Source: Paramecium tetraurelia (taxonomy: Eukaryota). From it: 64,000 nt of DNA. The DNA lies in contig CT868652.1 of NCBI GenBank assembly GCA_000165425.1, positions 310,001-374,000 on the forward strand, written 5' to 3'. The notes under the pieces are model-generated. The model ran no database searches, was not told the origin of the DNA, and worked only from the letters and a program-made list of their open reading frames with translations. Made by a program: the position numbers and the translations under genes. Shown piece after piece: positions 16,501 through 30,217 of this stretch. Positions within the stretch are counted from its first letter, which is position 1; each line of letters starts with the position of its first letter.

Positions 16501-16604
16501 TGTTATAGCAATTGCTCCCCTTGTCTTATTTTATCGTTTGTGCCCATATTGATGAGTTAGAAGGCTGTGTTCAGATCATTCACTATATTTGAAGTGACAA
16601 TCAT
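13579..16604 (-). CDS. CSE1: exportin-2 / Cse1 (importin-alpha export receptor)
   Basis: Importin-beta N-terminal domain (RAAIELKLW); DFPTQWPNLMAEL; QSRSDPLYEEII; QDLHPHFEDNLQSWM; YVEMFSDDPIEF. Confidence 0.85.
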
Positions 16605-16645
16605 AAATTTTAAATTAAAATATTTTCTTTAAGCAATTATAGGGC

Positions 16646-17923
16646 ATGGTATTTAAAATGATTAACACAAGGAATCCCACAAATTATCAAAGCAAGAAAT
16701 GAGAGAATGTCTGCAGGTATCAAAATCTGAATTCCTTGAATAAATTAATTTAGAATGTTCTGGCTGCATATCAGCCCTTAAAGATTTTATTGCCCTCAAC
16801 CGAAAAGACAAATACATTACCATAAACTAAGAAATTGCCATCAATGACGACTTGATCGATTCCCAAAAGATATCCAAGACTCTTGCAAAGCTTTAGAGTT
16901 ATGGAGAATTAATCAAATCTACAATATCTAGCATTTTTAAAAAGGCAACTCCACAAAACAATAAGAAAAGATGTCAACTGCATTCTTTGAAACAAGTCCC
17001 AGAAATCAACATCTAGGAACATGTTCATCACATTTGTAATGACATTGTGGAACAAAATGAAAATTGTATTATCTAAGATAGAGAATTTGATTATCATTTA
17101 TAAGTAATCACAAATTAATTGGATTTAGAATTACTTAAAAACCAAAAAATTCTGTCCATCTTGCAAAGAAAATATTTAGGCGGCTTTAAAGCATTTTAAA
17201 TTATAAATCCCATAACCTGATTGTGCATGCAGTATTATTTGCTATATTAAATACGATCATTAGAAATGTGAAATTCAAATTCCATATGATGTATAAATTA
17301 ACTCTTATTCTTAGGCAATCTTATTAAATGCATTATTGAATAAGGCACAAATTCAACCTTTTTATTAACATGCCTCAACCAAAGAAGATGCTTAAGAGGA
17401 GTTGTTGATATGCTTTGGACTTCTAATTAAGGAGAAACTAACAACCCTCTATAGAGAAAGGTAGTCTATGGAAATCATTAAATACACCTTCTATCAGTAA
17501 ATAGGAGAAATATTTAAAAGGAGATTGGAAAATTATAATAAGATGAAGGGGGAATACTAAAGTCAATTGGAAGAGTTGGAATAGTTTTTAAAGAATGAAG
17601 ATGAATAAAAGGATAAATAAAGAAAGAAGAGACAATTAAAGAAAAAGAAGAGAAAGGAACAATAATTAAGTTCTGATGGATCAGTTCGTACAAACTATAT
17701 GCAGGAATCCTCAAGAAGGTCAATTTCACCTTCAAATAGTGAGAAAAATTTATTGAAATCTTTTGGATGGCAGGGAAGTCCATCAGTGTCTCCATAAACA
17801 AGAAAGGAATTAGAATTCTTGTAAAAAGAACATCTACAAGAGATAAATAATAGAAGAAAATAATTAAGAGAATAAACTAAACAATGTTGGTGTGAATGGT
17901 GTCACCATCATAAATAAAAATGA
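16646..17923 (+). CDS. GGNBP2: gametogenetin-binding protein 2 (GGNBP2/ZNF403)-like
   Basis: Motifs in GGNBP2 order: CSGC; KKRCQLHSL; YLKTKKFCPSCKENI; HASTKEDAQEELLICFG; Lys-rich stretch; LLKSFGW; RRKQLREQ. Start is either a lone-ATG exon at 16646 or the ATG at ~16699. Confidence 0.65.
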
Positions 17924-18039
17924 TAATGTTGATTTACATATTTATAAGTGCAATTTAACATTCTATCCCCTTTTTTTTGTAAGTTTGTAGTTTGTAAAAT
18001 ATTAATCAAAAGATAATTATCAGTGTTTAATAGCTGTTC

Positions 18040-18695
18040 ACTTCTCAACAATGTCATCATATCTTAATATTAATTCTTTTTTTGTGGTGTTCTTCCTCTA
18101 CTTACAATTCAATCAACTTCTTCTCTAATACATTCTCTAATTATGCAATTAATTATTCATATTCCTTTTACATGTACATTATCAGTTTTCCTATTTACTT
18201 AATGTAGAATTGCTAATATTGTTTCATTATGAGCCAATTTTCTCCATTTAGTGAAGACTTATCTTGGCAATCTCAATTTAAGCTAATCTTCTTCATTTTT
18301 ACTTTGAGTATTAAGTTGCTAATAGCAAAATTCTTCGATCACCTACTCTCTAAGTGTCTTGAACACGCTTTTTGTAAATTTTTCATCTCTAATCACCTAG
18401 CAATAGAATATGAAATTCTCAATTTGTACATATATCTCCCTTTGTTTTTTTGAAATCTAATTTTCATTTCGTTTTTATACTCTTAAATAAATTCTCGAGT
18501 ATTTCTAATTGCTCCAATGTGTCATTGTATCCATCATCAACCATAGGTAGATTTCCTGAACACATTTTTTTTGTGAAATTTTTCTACTTTATTCTAAGAA
18601 TGCCTAGACAGCCTTTCTTGACCATTCATCCAATAATTATTTGTTTTTCTTGGTAAAATCAAAGATAACTTTAGTTTTTAATTGATTAGTGTTCA
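18040..18695 (-). pseudogene. coiled-coil gene (possibly POC5-like) with apparent frameshifts
   Basis: ATG at 18695. The frame stops at ~18157, but coding-like sequence (KEYEQLIAQLENVLEKKLIELQVEEEHHKK, then ELILRYDDIVEK*) continues in shifted frames without an obvious intron. Confidence 0.4.
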
Positions 18696-18781
18696 TTTAC
18701 GATTTAATTTAAAAATCTAATTTTATAATAATAATTGGAAAATGAAAATAAAATGTTAGAATATTCATTAATTAAGAATTA

Positions 18782-20601
18782 TCATTACCCGCATTCGAAT
18801 TTGAATTCACAGTTTTTGATTTCTGTCCCATCTTTATTTGTAGCAGTAGCATAAATACAAGTATTGCCAAATAGAAGTGTAACCTTAACAGTTTTATCCT
18901 CAACAGATTGGAGTGGTTTACCAATATCAATGCACAATTCACCTAATTATTGCACTCCTTATTCATCAACAAATTCTACTTCTCTCTTCTCAGTCACATA
19001 AAAGATTATCCTCATTATAGTTTATCTTGATCTTACTGGGCAATATATTTTAGTATGTACTTCATCACAACTAAATAATGATATTTATATTATACCCAAC
19101 AGCATCTCCTTTTCTAACAAATGCATCAAATACATCTTCACTAAATTCCTCTCCTTCAATAATAACCTTCTTTTTTATCGGATGTCTCTCTGCATCAAAG
19201 GTTGTTAAAGTATTGATTCCATATGTCTTTTTGGCTATTCTACTTGTAATAGATCTTGGACTCAAACCAAATAGACATGCCCCTCTAATTACAGAAACCT
19301 AAGGGCGTCTGGGGACCAAAATTTGAATTGCGTTATTCTCAAATCTTTTTATGATTTCTGATTTCAAAAATGGAGATTCACTAAATCCTCCGACCATAAA
19401 AATGAAATTCACTTTTTCCTTTTTCTGTTCAACCTATTGTAAGAGTTGACCCACTTTATTTTTGATATTTTCAAAAAGAGTCTAGAAGAAAGATGCCATT
19501 AAAGCTGATGGAATTTCTACATTGGAAAGACCTTTCAACTTAATCTAATATTCAGCAGCATGTTTTGAATTATGTTCTTTAACTAATTGTGTTAATTTGG
19601 CAGTATTCAATTCTTCACCTAAATATGAGAACTTTATCATGCATCTTTCATCTTTATTCCCTTTAAACTTCCTTTTTAGAATTTCGAAATCTCTCAATAT
19701 ATCCAATCTAGCAATTGCATTCAATTAATAACATCTAAAAAGTTTCTCGCCAAGAAATTCCTTTAAAAATTCTTCAAAGTATAAATCCACATATTTTGAA
19801 CCCCATTCACATCCTCCTGAAGAAGGAATCAATTCATTACATAAGAATTTCTCATTAGGTTCACATAATAATTTATGAACTGTGATATCTACTGTTCCAC
19901 CTCCACAATCAAGTACCATAACTACAGAACTCTTTGCCATCTATTCTTTCAATGTTTGTTCAGCATCTTCTCTACATTGGATTGATGCTCCTTCAGGTTC
20001 TAAACACAATAACAAATTAGGAGAATTAAGATTTTCTACAATTCCTGCTTCTACAGCTGCTTTTCTCATAAACTATTTATGTTCTTCACTCCATAATGCA
20101 GGAACTGTTAAGACCCATCTAATTTTAGTGGATATCACTTTGCCCACTTGTTCCTTTAATTTTTATATTGCTTTATTGCTTATGTATTTGAGAGTCTCCT
20201 TTATCAATAACATCAAGGGCAACTCTCTGTTGTCAAGTGATCTTGCGTTGTTGTGCATATGATAGAGATGCATTTTATACTAATAAATTTAGATGTTAAA
20301 CTACATTTTAAAATAGATAGGCTGAATCCCCATCATCTAATATGCTGGCGTATTTTTAAAGAGCTTGTGATCCAAATTCAATAAATTAACCATTGTTATC
20401 AAACAGAATGGCTGTGGGTGTTTTTTAGTCATCTGAATCATCGCAAGGGTTAAATACTTCGATTCTTGGTTTTCCTTCCTTGTCTAATACTTTTGGAGCT
20501 AATCCGAATCTGAATTAATTTAATTAGTACCCTGATGCTCCTGTTCCAAAATCTATTGCAATTACATGTGTGAATGCTGTATCATCCTTTAATAAGGCCA
20601 T
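18782..20601 (-). CDS. HSPA12: atypical Hsp70, HSPA12-like
   Basis: VIAIDFGTGASG; KTPTAILFD; RWVLTVPALWSEEHKQFMRKAAVEAG; CLEPEGAS; VLDCGGGTVDIT; MVGGFSESPFL; C-terminal LLFGNTCIYATA. No canonical substrate-binding lid or EEVD. Confidence 0.85.
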
Positions 20602-20669
20602 TATTATTAACTGCTTTGTTTATTTAAATTTAAAATATAAAATATACTTTTTAACAGCATAATTTAAAT

Positions 20670-21543
20670 ATGAAGAATAATTATGTCAAAGAAAATTTCT
20701 CAAAACCTAATGACTATTTGGAAGGGACTCAAGATGAATTGAGAGGCAAAATTAAGGTCTTGATGAATAAATTGCAAGTCACCAAGAAAGAAAAGGAGAT
20801 TTTAAGCAAGGAGAATCAAAATCTACAATAAGAAATACTACAGATGCAATCAAATCTTAGATGCATGGTTTCTGGATTTGCAAATACAAGCATCACATTT
20901 CCCATGACAAATGAATTAAGTAATTCCATAGCAGAATTTTACAAATGTGAATGTTTTGATATTTTTTTTGATGTTCTAAGTCAGGAATTAAACATGAAGG
21001 GGATTATCTATTTTTTCTAAACTGCCATGTATCGAATAGATAAAATAATTAATGACTATTTTACACCCCTATTCAAAAATATTAAAGATGTAATTTATTA
21101 TATATATAGTAGGTTGGCTGTTTAACTACAATTGAGGGACCCATCATCAATGTACTGAGAAAATCATTTCAGAGTAATTACAAACAAATCTATGAAAAAT
21201 GCATGGTGAATTTAGGCAGTGTAACAATAGAATTGTAAAAGAGTCTAAGGTTAAACAATGGCGATATCATTGAATCTTTTTTAAGTAACTACTCAATTTA
21301 ATATTGATAGACAAATTGTCAGAAATAATGTTCAATTGTTACATAAGTGATCCAAATCTATAGTTTGATATCCAATCGATTGGTCAAAAACAATAGTTTA
21401 ATTAATGTAAGAATGATCCTATTGATGGATTCATCAAGAATAAAGAAGAATGTATTATATTAATGCCTGGAGTGTATAAAAATTAGGAGTAAATGGCGAA
21501 GTCTCTAGTATTATCATATTCCTATTAATTAGAAAATAACTGA
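20670..21543 (+). CDS. hypothetical protein with N-terminal coiled coil
   Basis: MKNNYVKENFSKPNDYLEGTQDELRGKIKVLMNKLQ... Two short introns; TGA at 21541-21543. Confidence 0.75.
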
Positions 21544-21639
21544 TATTTATATAAATATATCTTAAATAATTAGATATAGGTGTTTATCTTTAATTTTGCA
21601 AACATATAACTATATAAGGCATAAATAGCGAACATATAA

Positions 21640-22773
21640 TCAATATTAGGACAATCTCATTTTCTTTTAATAATTCTTATCTCCCATTTTGATCAATTCA
21701 TACACCATCCACCATGGACACAAAAAGTCAGAGTCAAAATAGGCAGTCAAGAGTAAATAAGCGTTTTCCATATTGTAAATTAACACAAAAATTCTCCTCT
21801 CTGAATTGTAAGTCTTGCAATGTATCCAAATAAATGTGAGATAAAGTATATTGAAGATGAGCACTGAAACCAATTATTTGATGGGGAAATAAAAGAATGC
21901 CCACATAAAACAAGGCACAATAATTGCAATCATATAATTATAATAGAATACTTTAAAATCCAATATATTGTTAATGCCAATAACATCGCTATTTTTAAGT
22001 TAATCCTCCTATTTCAATTCATTAAAATTAGGTTAATTTTTATTTGTGATTTCACTCTTCTGCCCCTTAGATTTAACTTACTCTTATTCCTTCTCGGAAC
22101 TATGTTCACTGGCCTCTTCCTCTTATTCCTAACTCTCATTCTCCAACTACTTGAGATCCTCTTCTTGTCTACTCATCAATAAGTCCCAATCCTTGTCTAC
22201 TTATGGTTCATTCATGAATTCTTCATTCAACTAGAACGGATTCTTCATTTGATTAATTTCCATGTACGTATGATATGCCTGCTGCAATACTTTAAATCGA
22301 ATGTAAATAATTAAGGAAATGCTCATTAGATTGAGTAGCAAGAACTTTGATATGTCAAAATATTCGCTTATGAATAGGTAGACAAATATTCTTCCGAAAC
22401 TCCCAAAAGTAAACAGCAATATATTGATAGGAAATCGCTTGGATGTATTTGGTGACAAATTTATCTAAAACGACTCAACTACAAGGATACTATTTTTATT
22501 GATCAATTACCTCCATGAAAACACATAGATTAAGGGACTTTCTATTATCAATGCTCTAGGTATTATCAAATAAGCCATGTGTATCACAAAAAAATACATC
22601 ATTTACATGAAGAGGAATATTTGTTAACATCTTGTGGTTATTGACAATTCTGGACATATAAGAGTTTCAACAGAATCAAATAGTTTGAGATCGTATTTAA
22701 TTGGTTTGAATGCCAGATTACCCTTATATTCTATTGTTTCTCGAAAATCCGGAGTATCATAAGAATTTAGCAT
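21640..22773 (-). CDS. multi-pass membrane protein with an acidic central loop
   Basis: MLNSYDTPDFRE... Several hydrophobic segments lie on both sides of an E/Q-rich loop (~22030-22230). Confidence 0.7.
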
Positions 22774-22801
22774 TATTAATTTTATTATATTTTTTAACGG
22801 A

Positions 22802-24515
22802 ATGAATAAAGAAAATAATAATACTAGTCTTACTTAGAATTAAAATGGTAGAAAAACCATGAAATTAAACTCAAATGACATTGACTAATTCGTCGATTCA
22901 AGAATTGTTCAATTATAAAAATAATTATTAGAAAAAGAAGTAGAAATTGAAAATTTGTCAAAACTAAACCAAGATCCGAAAAATTAGAATTCAAATAAGT
23001 ATCGATTAATGGAAATCAAACAATAAACTCTACAAACTGAAAACTAATAATTGAAAACTCAATTATAACAATATGAATCCTTAAATAAAACTCAACAAAG
23101 GAAATGTGAACAATATTAAACATAAATTGAATAATTGACTGCTGTTTTTGAAGAAACTCAAAAACAATTAGAATAAGAAAGACAAGAGAAATACAACATT
23201 CAATTTTAACAGTCATCCAACCATATGGATGTTCAATAGGAAAAGATCTTAATCAAAACTCAATTAGACAGTCTACGTAAAGAGAAAAGCTAATTGATCT
23301 TAAAGGTCAAAGAACTAGAAAACTCATTACAATTGCACGAATAGAATACTAATTCAAATTGTTCAGAACTCTCTTCATTAAAGTAATAATTATAATAGTA
23401 AATTTAAAAAACATCTGAATACTTAGAAAAAAATCAGGCTTTAGAAGTCAAAAATACCTTATTGGAGGCTTAAAGTAAATCCAATCATTCTCAAAATGAT
23501 GAACTGAGAAATTTAAGGTCATAGGTGATCTAATTATAAAAAGATAAGAATTCTTAACTTGAATTATAATAAGATTTGGAAACTAAGTTAAGATTGCAAA
23601 CTGAACATGTTTTAAAATTATAAAATCTATTGAATGACAAAACGAAATAATTAGGCAAATATTAAGAAAAACTACATTAAGTTGAATCAATTGAAGAGGA
23701 CAATTCTATTTTGTAATAGGATTTAGAGAAGATGACCAATTCATTAGAAGAAATATAACTAGAAAATTAAAGAATTGTCAGATTTTAATAACAAAAAATT
23801 GATCAATTAAAAAAAGAGCTTTAACAGACTGAATTTATAAGAGAAGACAACAATAGAAAATAGGAGGAAATTGCATAATTGAAATATCAGATAGAAAAGA
23901 AAAAAGGAGAGCAAGAAAAAGACAAAGAACAACTGTAGGAAGTATTATAATTTACATTAAATATAGCTATCTTTATTAAGAGAAGCCTCAAAATTATGGG
24001 CACAAGATAAAGAGAATTATTTAAAGAAAATTAGCTTATTAACTGATGAACTTGATAAAATTGCTAAATAGTAATATGATTAATTGAGAATTTAAGTGGA
24101 AACACAAGTTTAAATGAAATTTTCAACTGAAAAAGTGCAATTAGAAAATCACATTTGGTAATTAAGTTCATAAATTAATGACATATAAGCATCAATTGAA
24201 TAATACACTACCAAAATTAGTTAATTAAATATTGAGAATGATCAATTAAGAGAATAACTGAATGAAAAACAAATCACTTAAAAGACTGTCATTGTTTTAG
24301 AAGGACAACTTAGGAATACATGTAGCGAACTTGAGAAATTAAAAAATATGTTCACTCAAAGAAATCAAGAACTTGATCTAGCTAGAAATAAGATATTAGC
24401 TTTAGAAGGTTGTGCAGGATATGCCCAAGAGTTGGAAAAGAAGGTTCAAACTTTAATGCAAGACAACCAGAGATTAAATTCAATTATTATGGATAGATGC
24501 AAAAATAATTGGTGA
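22802..24515 (+). CDS. long coiled-coil protein
   Basis: Heptad-rich Q/E/K/L frame from MNKENNNTSL... to ...MDRCKNNW*. One intron near 23942. Confidence 0.8.
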
Positions 24516-24543
24516 ATAATGTATATAAAATATTATATATAAT

Positions 24544-25059
24544 TCACTTTTAATTAAATAATTGTTGTTACTTTAATCTTAAGACAAATCTCGGCAGATA
24601 TAAAGACTTTTTTTAAAATACCAATACAGGGTTTTAATATTCAGAGGTGTTGAGAAAGCTGAATCCAGTGGAATTTTATAAGGACACAATCGAAGCTTTC
24701 AGAGGAACTTAATTTTTATGATTAATATCACGAAATGACTTGACTTGAGGTTTTACTGATTATTTCAATGTTATTTAAGGAATTTGTTTTGGAATTCTTT
24801 GAGTTTTCGGTTGTTTAATCTGAGATCTAGTTTCAGTTTTCAATCTAAACTCATTTTAATATCTTAACGGAGTACGAAAGCTTATAGTGTTTTACCGAGA
24901 TGCGATTTCATTATCTTCTTTTCTTTGTTTAACAGGGATAGTTCGCTTTAATAATGATCTAATTTCTTATTCATAATCATTATCATATTAAGGTTGATCG
25001 TCGTAACAAACATTCAAAAGAGATTCAATCGCATTTCTTTCAATTAATTAATTATGCAT
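24544..25059 (-). CDS. hypothetical protein (171 aa)
   Basis: Intronless ORF MHNQLIERNAIESLLNVCYDD...LPRFVLRLKQQQLFNQK*. Confidence 0.6.
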
Positions 25060-25367
25060 AATAATTTATATGAAAACAAATCGTCTATAAGATTAAGTTA
25101 ATTAATCTGTCTATAAACTTCAAAAAAATAACTTCAGTCATTATCTAGGCTAGATGTTGGATTTTTTAAGTTGTTTTATTAAAGTCATTCAAAACTAAAT
25201 TATTTTTCTCTTCTATTACTAATGTCATTTATTGATGTTTTAATCCCTTAACAGTAAGATTATGTTATTAAAACCAGGAGAAAATTCAGGTGTATTTGAT
25301 AAATTAATGTAAAAATGATACAATAGATATGGAAAATTAATAAAATTGTATAGAAAATTAGATTATA

Positions 25368-26472
25368 TCATATGTATAAATTTTAGCATTCATCCAACAA
25401 GTACTTTGAGTCTATTTATTCTCTAAAATAGTTATTTATACAAATTTACATATATAGTTATTTTACAATATCTAAATCAGCTGTAAACTTTGTCTTAGAT
25501 TTCATTAAAATTTTTAATAATTTTTTATCTTTAATAAATTTTGGATGTTTTGCATCTTAAGTGAATGTCAAAATTGGAAAATAGAACAATTATTATTATT
25601 CATTAAATTCTAAGGACTTATTCCTTTCAATTAGTGAATTAGCAGCTTTAACCTTCCAAACTATATCAGCCAACTACTTTTTTTTCATTTCTATAATTTT
25701 TTACTTTTTGTTCTAATAATATTATAGTGATGTACAAGTTGTTCCTCATGCAGAGATTTTAGCTTCAATAGATTCTTAGCAAAACCTGAATTGTCAAAAT
25801 TAGCTTTAACCGTTTTGCCTTCTTTTTTTAAGACTCTTGAGGCAATCATAACATTAAGGGCATCATAAACTCTTCTTTTAATATTCTACTCATCTTTTGA
25901 CTATATGATATTTAATTATATTGTACATTATCATAGTCTAAAATTCTATCTTATTCTTAATAATATTCTTTTATTAGTCTTTCTGCTACATCCTTGTAAG
26001 ATGTTAGCTTGAATTCAAAAACTATCTATTTAACTTTGATATGACAAATGTTTAAGTCCTGCTGATATAAATATTGATTTAAAGTACCTTTCTAAGATTT
26101 GAGAGGTTCTTTTTAATATTGATAATTTGACATTGTTGATTGTAATTTATGGTGAATAGACCTACGAATAACTAAAATAGTGAAATACCTTTTTGATTGT
26201 AAGATTGTATAAGGAGTGGGTTATTTGAGATTTGAAAATTTGGATGGATTCTTATTGAATTGTTGAGAGACTGCCTTTTAAAATGGTAGAATGTCGAACA
26301 TCATCTCCAGTTGTTGAGGTTCAAAAGCTATTTGAGTATAGACTTTTTCGGATTGATTATTGAGATCAAAGGGGCTGTTGGGGAGAAAAAGATGTTTTTG
26401 AGAAACGTTGACGAACTGAGACTCGTGAAGCATTTATGAAGGGTTTGGGATGACAGGAGGATCATATGACAT
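25368..26472 (-). CDS. hypothetical protein (~340 aa)
   Basis: MSYDPPVIPNPSQMLHESQF... with short introns. An in-frame upstream ATG lies at 26499. The 3' end is approximate. Confidence 0.6.
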
Positions 26473-26495
26473 AGAGTTAACATTATGATTAGTTA

Positions 26496-28946
<2,451 letters not shown>

Positions 28947-28952
28947 TAATTA

Positions 28953-30170
28953 ATGTAAATACAAAAAGATCTCAAATCGAGAATACAAGAAATACTCCAA
29001 AAACACAATATTAAATAAGTCGATTTGGCAAGAGAAATAGGCATCCATCACAGTACTCTTTCCCTCTGGATGCAGAACAAAAACAAACCAAGAAAACAAG
29101 ACATTTCCAATTCCCAGAGTACAAGAATCGAAGAGTTATTGGAAAGATGGATAGCCACCTTCCATGCCAATAAAGGCTAAGGAATGGGCACTGGCTAATT
29201 CCGACTCCCTGATAGCAGAGCCTCTCAATTCAGTACTTATCATTCAAATACCAAATATTAGTGTCCCATCATACTGTCAGGCCTGTATTGCCCATTTCCA
29301 AATTCCACATCCTTAGAAATCAATATCAAAATTCCATCAAATAATAAAGACAAGAAATCATTTTGCGTAAGACTTAGGAGCAATTGAAAAACAATCCCAA
29401 TATTTCATTACAATAAGCATTAAATCAATCTGTAATACAATCACTTATAACTTAATAAGGCTTAAGACATTCCCATTGAACCGCCCAAACATCAATAATT
29501 AGTTCCGATCACCATTGATTTTGAATTAGATGGCAAGAAAATTTACTAAACTTTTTGTTGGAATCTAAATGAATCTCATATGATCCCAGAAACATTTGCC
29601 AGAATAATCACAGAAGAGAATCAATTGCCTTCAGTTATTGAATAGGAAATCTGTACACAAATCAAGAAACAAGTTTAAGATTATAAATGCTACTACCCAA
29701 CAAAAGATGAAATGTTAAAGAATCTCCATGTAGATCTGAGAGTTGAAAACATTCATTTCAATGATTAGTTGGAATGGGATATGAACAATACCATGAATTC
29801 ACCAGAAGCATTAGCAGAATTGACAGCCAAAGAAATGGGAATGCCTGAATAATATGAGCCTAGAATAGCACATGCTCTAAGAGAATCAATCTCATCTTTA
29901 CAAAGACAAATGGAACCCAAAACTGGCGAAGACTTTAGTAATTTAAAGAAGAGCACTAGAACTTTGATTGAAAGCAATGCCAATTTCAATCAATTTAAAA
30001 ATGTCATGTTTTCTAATTAAATCAACTTTAAGAATTGGGTCAGATGTGAATTAGAATATGACCATCAATTTGAATGGGGTCCTTCGATTGAACTTCTTGA
30101 TTAGAATGCTCTAAGGAATGTGTAAAAGTAGGAGGATCGTAAAACCAGGTATGTAAGGAGATAAAGATGA
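28953..30170 (+). CDS. SNF5: SNF5/SMARCB1/Sfh1-family chromatin remodeller subunit with an N-terminal XRE-type HTH
   Basis: RPT1 LVPITIDFELDGKKIYQTFCWNLNESHMIPETFA; RPT2 FNDQLEWDMNNTMNSPEALA...IAHALRE; C-terminal EWGPSIELL...EDRKTRYVRR. Introns at ~29233 and ~29432. Confidence 0.9.
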
Positions 30171-30217
30171 TCATCAATTATATATTCATTTATTTTTAAT
30201 ATAAAATAATAAAACTG

